A stretch of DNA of 63,602 bases, the filler included, from Chrysochromulina tobinii (taxonomy: Eukaryota): assembly GCA_001275005.1 (NCBI GenBank). It is 6 parts of 6 records of this genome, joined end to end, with 100 filler letters (N's around TTAATTAATTAA, not from the genome) between each part and the next. Parts side by side here need not be neighbours in the genome. Positions count along the whole stretch, not along the records: positions 33,931 to 46,062 come from JWZX01000700.1; positions 46,163 to 54,723 come from JWZX01000701.1; positions 54,824 to 60,262 come from JWZX01000705.1; 3 more parts are not named here. The stretch is one strand, 5' to 3'. Made by a program: the position numbers and the translations under genes. Position 1 is the first letter of the stretch. Each line of letters begins with the position of its first letter. Positions 45,087 to 54,824 of the stretch are shown piece by piece. A model generated the notes under the pieces. It ran no database searches, was not told the origin of the DNA, and saw nothing but the letters and a program-made list of their open reading frames with translations.

Positions 45087-46062
45087 ATGGGATCGCTGAA
45101 AGCCACGCTCTTCCTCGCGTTGGTCGCCTCGGTCACGGGCGTGATCATCAGAGGCCCGAGCGTCACCTCTGATACATACATCAGGGCCGGCAGTTCCACT
45201 ACCGCTCCTATCATCAACTACGCTACGACAAACTTCAACGCCCAAACTTCCGGGTGGTGGGACGGCCCATTGACGGTCTCGGCCACACAGGTCATCTCAG
45301 GCGTCACTTCTGATACGTCCGCCCTCCTGATCAAGTTCGACTTGAGCTCTTTCGTCGGTGCCACGCTCGTGCCGACCAAACCCGCCTGGCTCAACTACTA
45401 TGTGACCGACGCGGGCGACAACGCCTCGCTCCGCGAGCTCCTCGTTCCATGGAATGAGGTGTGCTCGCCGACCGCGAAGACGCGCACTCTTCCCTGATAA
45501 CTGCGTGCGGCGCCCTGGCTGAGACCCCTTCGCGCCGACGCGTCCCTCTCTGCCCCTCCCTGCTTTCGACAGTCCACAGTCACGTGGACCAACCTCCCAT
45601 TCGCATCGTCATCGTGGAGCTCCACCAACGTCGGCGGCGTCGGATTGCCGGGTGCCTTCCCAGGTGTCGTCACTGGCTGGAATAGGTTTGACGTGACCTC
45701 CTCGGTTGCCGCGTGGCTCGCGGGTAGCCGTGCAAACCATGGCTGGATCGTGTTGCCCACTGGCGGCACCAACGGAGTCCAGGTTGAGCTGTCTACCTCC
45801 GGGGTAGGAACGATCGCCGTGTTCTCCCCGTTCCTCGACTTTACAACGCTGTTCGCCTCGGCCAAGAGCGGAATCCTAAGCGACCCAAGCATCGGCCAGG
45901 ATGCCGCCCCGGCATCCATTGAGCGGGCTGCTCACAAGCACGTCCCAGGAGAGCGCCGGAGACTTTTCTTGCATAGGCATCACCCCCATCACCCCCATCA
46001 CCCGCATCACCCCCATACCCCTCACACGCATTATCCGCCGCCCTCGCCGCTCGCGCCGCCCG
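45087..46062 (+). CDS. Secreted DNRLRE/CBM96-like domain protein with His-Pro tract, 3'-partial; intron 45459-45572
   Basis: Signal peptide, SDTYIRA, LLIKFDLS, PWNE|STVTWTN, FDVTSSVAAWLAGSRANHGWIV. Confidence 0.75.
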
Positions 46063-46162
46063 NNNNNNNNNNNNNNNNNNNNNNNNNNNNNNNNNNNNNN
46101 NNNNNNTTAATTAATTAANNNNNNNNNNNNNNNNNNNNNNNNNNNNNNNNNNNNNNNNNNNN
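46063..46162. other. Artificial contig spacer
   Basis: N run + TTAATTAATTAA. Confidence 0.99.
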
Positions 46163-48201
46163 GGGCACTTGGATTGGTAGAATATGTCCTCCTTGAATGG
46201 CTGACCGCCTCCCTCAAGGTACTGAGAGTACTCGTGACCGGCGAAAAAGAGCTTGGCCATCGCCTCGTTCGTCTCATACTGAATATGCCGCCAGTGCTCC
46301 TTGTACTTATTGCGGCCGAGGCGAATGCGCTTCTTCTTCCGTGGGTTGGTGTCAAAGCGGCAGTTGGCGTGCCAGAACCGATCGCAAACGACGCGCCCTT
46401 CGTCGATGGCAGTCTTGCGTCGCTTGCGCCCCGCATGCAGCGCCTCGACAAACTCAAAAGCGTTGCCGCCCGCTGCCCGCTTGCGATTCACGCCACGCGC
46501 AGCCTGTTCGGGGTTGATGCCAAGGATACACTGGATGGTGCGCAGCATGCCCTCTTCGGTCGCGTTGTCCGGGATTAGCGCCGTCAAGAGCGTCTCGAAG
46601 GCAAGGTGGGCGTGAGCGCTTCGCGTGCCGCGGTGATCATTTCGGCGACCATGCGGATCGAACTCGTCCTGCTTGCCGTGAGATGAGAGCTGCGCGAGCG
46701 TCTCACGCGCGCTCGCCAGCAACGCCCTCGATACTTCAATTGCTCTGAGCGTCTGCGGCGCCCCAGCTCCGAGGAGCCGCTGCACGACGGGTCGATCGAG
46801 GACGGCGGCGAGCAGCAGCTGCGTGCGCTCCAGATCGCCACGCCCCGCACCAAAGAGCACAGCCTCGATGTGCTGCGCAAGCTGGTTGACCCGCCGGAGG
46901 GTGAGCTCCGTCTGCGGCACAGCCGACGCACCTGCAAGTGTCTTGCGCGCCGCCGCCTTGGTCGTGAGCTGCTCTCGCAGGCACTCGCCCTCGTCGATCA
47001 TAACGTCGGTCACGACTTCCGACGCGTGGCGCCCCTCGAACCGTTCGCGCTCGCGCTCCTTGAGCAGCTCCTCAATGCGTTCGGTCGCGCGCTGCAGCTG
47101 CTCCTTGAGCAAATCGTTGTTGACCTGACGAGCAAGTCGCTCATGTTCGAGATCCTTTTCTAAATTCATTGCTCTGCAAAAGTTCTTGACGTTGGCTGAC
47201 TGCTTCTTCATCATCTCAATCTGGGAGTGCGACTCGTCGAGCAGCTCGCGTAGGTGCTGCGACTCGTCCTCGACTGTGCATGATCGCTCGCGCAGCGACT
47301 CGTTCTCTCGGCGCTGGCACTCGCTGTGCTCATGCTGCCGCGCGATCTCCTCGCGCAGGGACTCGGTCTCTCGGCGCTGGCACTCGCTGTGCTCATGCTG
47401 CCGCGCAATCTCCTCTCGCAGCGACTCAGTCTCCTGGCGCTGGCGCTCGCTGTGCTCATGCTGCCGCGCGATCTCCTCGCGCAGCGACTCAGTCTCCTGG
47501 CGCTGGCGCTCGCTGTGCTCATGCTGCCGCGCGATCTCCTCGCGCAGCGACTCGGTCTCCTGGCGCTGGCGCTCGCTGTGCTCATGCTGCCGCGCGATCT
47601 CCTCGCGCAGCGACTCGGTCTCCTGGCGCTGGCGCTCGCTGTGCTCAAGCATCACTGCATCGTCCGTGACGGCAGCGGTGGCGGCGGGTGCAGTGATGGC
47701 AACGGGTGGCGCGTCTGGCAGCACGGTGCCTGCCGCCCCATGATTCCGCACAGCGGCGAGTCCAATGACACTAGCACCATCAGGTAGCGTGGCTAGCGCT
47801 GGGGGCGGCTGACCACAAAACCATCCTTCTTTGGAAGAGCGCTTGCCTTCAACGACCCTCTTGAACACGTCAACACCATCTGTGATGCCATGCTGGTGCT
47901 GAAGCTGTCTGTGCTTCGCAGCAGCCGTGCCGAAGAGCGGGATCGCCTCTCGAATGTCTGCGTGATAAAACCACGAGACGTCTGCCAGGTTGTAGAATGT
48001 GCCGCGTGTCCCATCTGTAGCTTCCCATCTTTTCTTTCGATCATTTCCAACCTGGTCAAAACCCAGCAGCTGCGACAGATTCGCCTTGAGGTGTTTGTCC
48101 ACGCTAGCCCCGGCAGCTGTGCGAGCCGTGGCGTACTCGTTCAGCGCCTCCTTATCAGCAACGCGAACGAGTGTGAGCTCAGGCGTGACGAGCTCCGGCA
48201 T
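46163..48201 (-). CDS. Intronless coiled-coil ORF with 21-aa repeats, 3'-partial; possibly DNA-transposon-derived
   Basis: >680 aa; EHSERQRQETESLREEIARQH repeats; basic C-terminal region KKKRIRLGRNKYKEHWRHIQY...FYQSKC. Confidence 0.6.
47290..47647. repeat. 63-bp coding tandem repeat, ~5.5 copies
   Basis: gcgctggcgctcgctgtgctcatgctgccgcgcgatctcctcgcgcagcgactc repeated. Confidence 0.95.
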
Positions 48202-48620
48202 GACGGCCTTCGTTCCACGATCCGCATATTTACGAAGCGCCTTCGTTCCACGATCGCGTCGTTTTGAACACGTGATTTGTTTTCGCCCCCCCGCGCCTCC
48301 GGGGGCCCCGTACTAACCCCAGGGAGTCTCGAAAACCCTCTGGACACCTCCTGGGCAAAAAAAAGCGTCATTTCCTCTGCGATATGGCAGGTGCTAGACC
48401 TGACCTAAGAACCGCTCTGCATGTCCGGTCGGTGACTCGTGGCGCCGCGCCGGCGCGCGCCGAAATTTAATTTGAAATTACGTGTCGAACGAGCTCGACG
48501 ATCTCGGATCTGCAATGAAGAATGATTCCAGTTTCGTATTTTTCGCAACTTACCGGCCACGGGCATAGCCGCCCGACGGGCCGCCGCCTGACCGCCGCAC
48601 CCGCGCGGCCACGCATCGCG

Positions 48621-49658
48621 TCACGCCTCACCCGCCAGGTAAGCCTGATGAGTCTCAGGCGCCCGAACGAGCTCAGCCAGCCGTGATGCCTCTTCGCACA
48701 CAGTCTCACGCCCAACAAGCAGCAGCTGATTCTCCCAGGCAAGTTGGATGTACTTGCGCGCCTGCGCTAGCGTCGTCCGTCGCGTCACGCCCAGCTGGAA
48801 AAGCAAGTGGTACGTTCGAACATAGTGGGCGGGGGAGACGCCGAGCTCGTCATAGAGAGAGATCAACTCGGCACCTTGGCACAAAGCCTCATCGAAGCGG
48901 CGAGGTCCTTCGGGCTCGCGCACGTCGGACGCGGTGCACGCGACAATGGCGCTGTCCAGTTCGCACATGCGTGTGAGCTCGGCTCGCAAGGCGGGCGTCT
49001 TGCATGCTACGCACTCGCACTCAAAGCCCCACCACTCGCGAAAGACGGAGCCGATCGGTTGGCCACGCTGTGCGAGCTTCGCCTCACCCTCAACGCTCAC
49101 GTACTGAATGCACACCTCTTCGTCAGGCTCAATCGCACGGCTTGCCACAAGGATCTTGAGCCCTATTGGAGAAGTGATGCTGTGGTGCGACGCATTAGGC
49201 ATGCAGGAGTGGTTGGCATACGCAAAGTGAATGTAAAGGCCCTCGGATCCGTCGGGCGTTTCAAAGGCATTGAGCTTGAATTTGGATGCCACATCGCTCG
49301 TCTCACGCGGCATCAGCTTGACTGCGGCCTGCCGCATGCCCTCCGATATGTCCGAATCGGAGAGGCTCGTCCCTTTCTTGGTGGCAGCCCAACGCTCGAC
49401 CAAGAGCTTCGCACCACGGGCAAAGTGGCGTGTCGCAAACATGCCAAATTGGCCGTCAATCGTTGACCGGGCCACAACATCGTGTCCGAACTCACCAGAG
49501 TTACCGCACCATTGTTTGTGAAGTCCGAGCTTCCAGTCGTTGAGCTGGCAGGCTTTGGAGCAGTACGAACGCTTCTTACACTTACCGCAGCGCAGCATCT
49601 TCTCGACCTGCGCATAGCACCAGCCACACTCTTGAGCGAGTTCGTGCAACGTGTTCAT
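48621..49658 (-). CDS. MYND zinc finger + SET domain protein (SMYD-like)
   Basis: CGWC..CGKCKKRSYCSKACQLNDW..HKQWC; ANHSCMPNA, EEVCIQY, WGFECECVAC. Confidence 0.9.
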   Translation of the reverse strand: MNTLHELAQECGWCYAQVEKMLRCGKCKKRSYCSKACQLNDWKLGLHKQWCGNSGEFGHDVVARSTIDGQFGMFATRHFARGAKLLVERWAATKKGTSLSDSDISEGMRQAAVKLMPRETSDVASKFKLNAFETPDGSEGLYIHFAYANHSCMPNASHHSITSPIGLKILVASRAIEPDEEVCIQYVSVEGEAKLAQRGQPIGSVFREWWGFECECVACKTPALRAELTRMCELDSAIVACTASDVREPEGPRRFDEALCQGAELISLYDELGVSPAHYVRTYHLLFQLGVTRRTTLAQARKYIQLAWENQLLLVGRETVCEEASRLAELVRAPETHQAYLAGEA

Positions 49659-49924
49659 CCGCACGCCGCCACACACGAGCGGGGGTCAGGCGCCTTCTCG
49701 GCTGCGGAGTAGGAACCTACGCTACGCCGCCTCCTCTCGCCAAGGCTGGGCGACCGTATGGGCCGTATGCTCATGGGTGCTCATATGGGAGGGAGACCGA
49801 AACGGCGCCTTCTGTGAGCAGGACAGGTTTATTTCGCCAAACAGCCTATTACGGAAACAGGTGGGGTAGTGTACAGTATTGCATCTCCGCCGAATCCTGC
49901 GCGAATCTCTCGCGGGGGTGAAGA

Positions 49925-51376
49925 ATGCTAAAGCACTCGGTGTCTGTCGCGCTCTTCTCGCTCGGTTTCGCCGATGCTTGGAGCGGCACACGTTATTCAG
50001 CGCTGCACTTCATCAATGCCCCGACCATCGCCACTCTTAGAACATCGCCAGCCAAATTCTCTGCCGCCGCCGACGACGATAAGGTGGGCACAGAGATCGC
50101 CTTGACTAAGGAGAAGGCGCCCATTCGATGGCGTGGGCTGATCGGAGTCGCTGCCGGCGCAGGCATGCACCTATCGTGCGGTTCTATGTACTGCTGGGGC
50201 AACTTGTTGTCGTACATGCCGCCTGAGCTCAAATACTGGGCTGGCGCTGCTGCTGCCACCGGCGTGCCCGATGCCCAGTTCGTGCTGGCCTACACTATCA
50301 TGGCGCAGACGATCGGCATGCCGATCGGCCCGTACCTGTATCCGATTTTGGGCGCGCGCAAGACTGCACTGCTGGGCTCCGTCCTCATGGGCTCTGGCGT
50401 CATCCTCGCCTCATATGCCACCTCGCTCGCCACCTTCGTACCCTTCTTCTGCGTCATGTTCGGCCTGGGTGTCGGCATTGCCTACCAGATGCCCATCCTG
50501 ACGGGCACAAAGTGGTTCCCCAAGTCAAAAGGCGGCGTGTCGGGCGCGGTCATCTTCGGCATGGGTGCCTCCGCCTTCTTCTTCAACAAGCTCGCAACTG
50601 CCATCGTCAACCCTACCGGGATCAACCCGGTGGGCGGCCTCTTTCCGGCGTCCATCTACGCATCCTGGCCAAAGCTGCTGCGCACGCTCGGGAGCATCTA
50701 CCTCGCGTGCGGCTTGATCGGCGCGTCGTTCCAGGTGCCGCCGCCGGCGGCGGCCGAGCCGGAGAAGGGAGCGGCAGTGGTTGTATCGGCCGCTCCGGCC
50801 AGCGGCGGTAACTCGCTCCTTGCCGACATCACCTCGAAGCCGTTCGTCACGATGTGGCTCATGATCATCTCCGCGGCGATCGCGGGGCTGAACATTGCCT
50901 CCTCGTACAAGCTCTTCGGCGTGCGCCGTGCGCATCTCAACGGCGACGCGTACCTGTCCCTCATCGGCGGTCTCGCCTCCCTGCTCGGCAACGCGGCGGG
51001 TCGGATCTTCTGGGGGACTCGCAGCGACAAGCTGGGCTTCAAGCGAACAATCCTCGAGCTCACGGCGCTGCAGGCGGCATGCATGGCCTCGTATCTCACC
51101 CTCTCCGCCACGCGCCTCGGCTTCGGCTTCGTCACCGTTACGATGCTCTTCTGCATGGGAGGCGCCTTTGCCATGTTCCCTGGCGAGGCGCTGCGACGCA
51201 AGTGGAAGTCGCCTGCCGCCAACGTGTACGGGTTCATGTTCTCGGCGTTCGCCCTGGCCGCGCTCGGAGGGCCGTACGTCACCAAATTCCTCATGACCAT
51301 GGGCGGCGAGAAGCTCGTCTTTGGCGTGCTCTCATGCGCGCCGCTCGTCGCGATGGCCCTCTCTAGGACCCTCTAG
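49925..51376 (+). CDS. MFS transporter, oxalate:formate antiporter (OFA)-like, with signal/transit presequence
   Basis: GSMYCWGNLLSY, KWFPKSKGGVSG, GNAAGRIFWG..SDKLG; ~12 TM segments. Confidence 0.88.
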   Translation: MLKHSVSVALFSLGFADAWSGTRYSALHFINAPTIATLRTSPAKFSAAADDDKVGTEIALTKEKAPIRWRGLIGVAAGAGMHLSCGSMYCWGNLLSYMPPELKYWAGAAAATGVPDAQFVLAYTIMAQTIGMPIGPYLYPILGARKTALLGSVLMGSGVILASYATSLATFVPFFCVMFGLGVGIAYQMPILTGTKWFPKSKGGVSGAVIFGMGASAFFFNKLATAIVNPTGINPVGGLFPASIYASWPKLLRTLGSIYLACGLIGASFQVPPPAAAEPEKGAAVVVSAAPASGGNSLLADITSKPFVTMWLMIISAAIAGLNIASSYKLFGVRRAHLNGDAYLSLIGGLASLLGNAAGRIFWGTRSDKLGFKRTILELTALQAACMASYLTLSATRLGFGFVTVTMLFCMGGAFAMFPGEALRRKWKSPAANVYGFMFSAFALAALGGPYVTKFLMTMGGEKLVFGVLSCAPLVAMALSRTL

Positions 51377-53334
51377 AGGATGACGAGCATGATTTGTGGG
51401 CTTATACCCTTCGCGGGCTGCGGGGTGGTCAGCTGAAGAGTGGGCGGGGCATCTGCTCGGATGCCGCTTGGGTAAACTCGGCGGTGGGCCGCGATGCCAT
51501 GCGCATGCGCAACACATAGCTCATAGGAAGTGCACAGGGTCGAAGGGACATGAGGGCTTGTTCGGCTATAGTCCCCGGTGCGCTCTGCGCTGCGGCCCTT
51601 TCGGCGTTTATCAGCACGTCGTTGGCCCTACATGGCCACGACATGGGCTAAACTCGGATCGGTGTGGTCTGTGGGATGTGAGAGCGCGTGTGTGACACGA
51701 CCGGCGCGGGCGGCGGGCGTGGAACAGGCCGATCCGTCGCGCCCGCGGGGCGGTCCGTGCCGCCCGCCCGACGCGGCCCGACGTGCATGCCGGTTGCCGC
51801 CACGTGTCCCAGTCCGCATCTGAGTGAGTTTCGTCGCGGTCCCCCCGCGCTCACCACACCCCAACGTCTCAAGGGAGGAAGGGACGGCTCCGCTCCCCTA
51901 CCCCTTGCACCCCTCGCCCCCGGCGGACGACGCGGCACGCGCGTGACAGCTGACACGTGTGCACGCGTGCGCTGCGTGCGCGGGGCGCGGGCGCGGGGCC
52001 GGCGGAGCGGCGGTCTCGGCGAACCGGTCTCGTGCGGGCGGGGACCGCGAGCTCGGCCTCGAGTGTGGCCGTGCCCGCTCCGTGAGCAAGAGGCCAAAAC
52101 GCAAGAGCCGATGTCCGTGAGCCGCCCCGGAGCTACGGTAAAACGAATCATGTATCATCCGCAACGCTTCGCTTTCGAGTTTCGTTTTTAGAGATTTAGA
52201 CTCGTTTCCTAGAAGGTGGGTTCTAGCGCTTGCGCTAGATTGGTTGTCTTCCAGAGCGAACAACGCCTTGGAACAACGTTAAGGGCGGCAGGCGCAACAC
52301 CTCGACCCGTACTGTCGAGCCCGGAGCGCCGGCGGGCGGAAGACCGTAAACGTTTACTTTCGGAGCAACGGTCTTATCTGTGCTTCACACTTCCAAGGGA
52401 TGTTAAATAAGAAACAGCCTCGAGAGCTGGCCCTGTGGGGCCGAGTTCTGAGTCCCAGCTGTGGTGTGTGAGGTGCCGAGAGACGGCGGTTAAGGCGGTC
52501 GGGCGGGTGTCGTGTGGTCACTGGTTTGAATCGACCCAAATTCCCACAATGCTCAATGGGTGGGAGAGGGTGGGTGTTGATGGCAGCTTTGAGGGCTCCA
52601 CGCGTTTGCAAGCGCTTCATGAAAGCTGCCTTGTTCGGTAAGGGGTCGGTGAAACTGTGACGAGTTCGAGTTTAGTTCGAGTGAGAGTGTGAGAGAGGAA
52701 ATACATGTAGAAGGCAGGAAGGCACCAACTCACAGTTAAAAACTAGGTCGTGCCTGTGCGCGAGGGATTTCGTGAACAAAGTTGGAAGCGGGCTCTTCAC
52801 GGCCTTCGCTTTGCCGATGCAAACCGAATTTCCGCGGCAAGGGGGATCGGGGTCTACGTTCCGAGATCTGAGTCGATTGGCACCCTTCGATTACATGGGA
52901 TTATTTCGCTACTACTGCGTACACTACTGAACGGTAAATATCAAGTTGCCGGTGTTCTTGCCCCGCTGAGCGCTGGCGCGAGTCGCGAGAGCACCCCCGT
53001 CGCCGTCACACCCCAGTCGACACCCCTTGCAGGTACCTAAATCTTGAAGCATCTGGCTTTCTGGGGCAGGAAATCTGGCGCAAAGATCAAAGTGCTGACG
53101 CCCCACTACATGTATACGATAACTATACGACGGGGGCCCGGGCGCGAGGTCAATTGAGGTCAGGTTCGCCCAAAAAGTGTTTTTTCACAAAAAACGCGAA
53201 ATCGCGAAGGAATCCTTTTCGTCACAAATCTCTCTGCTCGAGAATTAACTATACATGTATAGGTCGCAGCGGCTGCAACGGTCTGCAGCCCAAAGCTCCC
53301 TCGTGTTGCCGACGAGACATCCATCGCCCGATTC

Positions 53335-54421
53335 ATGATGCGCGCGTTCGTGCTCCTGCTGGCCGTCTCGGTTGAGGCTCGGCCCGCCCTGCTCAGATTC
53401 CGCGGCGGGGGCGCCGTCACCGATGTGTCGTCGGTCAAGACCCCCAAGGACGCGTACCATTTCATGGCCGGCAAGGGCCGCGACAACGCCAAGATGCCTG
53501 TGTCCAAGGTTCTGCACCAATCAATCATGGGCGGAGGCTACGTCGGGTTGGCCGGGCTACTCGCGACGGTCGTAGCCGGCAACATCCCAGGCATCGCCTC
53601 ATCCAATCCTGGCATGCAAAGAATGATCTTCGCGGCGCTCATCCCAGTCAACCTCCTGTTGGTCCTCTCGTCGGGTGGCCAGCTCTTCACTGGCAACAGC
53701 GCTTCCGTGGCGGCAGCGCTGTACGAGGGGCTAATCTCGATTGATGAGTTAGTCAAGACCTGGTCCGTCTCATTTTTCGGAAACGTCATTGGCTGCGGAC
53801 TCCTCGCACTCGCGGCGAAGTACACTGGAATCCTGTCCGGCGGCGCTCAGGATCTCGCCGTCGCCACCGCCATCAAAAAGTGCTCTAGCGCATTTATGCC
53901 GACCGTCGTCAAGGCGATCATGTGCAACTGGTGCTCCGTCATGGCCGTGTTCATGGCAGGCGCTGCCAGCGACCTCGCAGGCAAGATGGTCGGCATTTGG
54001 TTTCCGACCTCGATGTTTGTGGCCAGTACGCAGTCTGCCCGCTCGCACGCACCGCATGAGCACCTCATACACGTCCACCCCATGCTCCCTTTCTTTCCAA
54101 AGGTTCCGTGCCCGCCTGGAAACTGTTCCTGATTTCGACTCGGGACCATCGCCCTCTCGCATATGTTCGCCTCCCGCCTGCCCGTAACGTTGCTGTGCCT
54201 GCTGTGCGCGTCTCGTGCCCGCAGTTGGCCTCGAGCACGTCGTCGCCAACATGTTCCTGTTGCCGCTTGGGCTGCTCGGCGGCGCCGACCTGTCCATCGC
54301 TGACACGATCGTGAAAAATTTTGTCCCCACGACTATTGGCAACGCCATTGCCGGTGCAGTCGTGGTGGCAGCAAGCTACTCGTACCAGTTCGGCAAGCTC
54401 GGCAACACCACCAAGTTCTAG
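53335..54421 (+). CDS. Formate/nitrite transporter (NAR1-like); intron 54026-54224
   Basis: GQLFTGN, FFGNVIG, AIMCNW, FVA|IGLEHVVANMF, VPTTIGNAIAG. Confidence 0.93.
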
Positions 54422-54723
54422 AGCGCCCAGACGTAAAACTTGATCCCCGTGGCGTATACTTGAGTCCCCTCCTCAGTCAGAAACCACAGGGCGTATCGAG
54501 ACCACATGCATCCCCAAGGACGAAAATCATCATAAGCACGGGGCCGCCCGCGTGTGAGGGTTCGCGTGCGCGCGCGCCGTGCATATTCGTGCATTTGTGC
54601 ATATGAATGCACACGCTTAGCACACGCTGGGCGGGGGGTTGTAGGGGCGGGTGATGTCTCAATCTGCCAGGGGTGGGGAAGGCGCGGTGTCGAAGGCGGG
54701 TGGGGGGCAGGGTCTCATCTATC

Positions 54724-54823
54724 NNNNNNNNNNNNNNNNNNNNNNNNNNNNNNNNNNNNNNNNNNNNTTAATTAATTAANNNNNNNNNNNNNNNNNNNNN
54801 NNNNNNNNNNNNNNNNNNNNNNN
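54724..54823. other. Artificial contig spacer
   Basis: N run + TTAATTAATTAA. Confidence 0.99.
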
Positions 54824-54824
54824 T

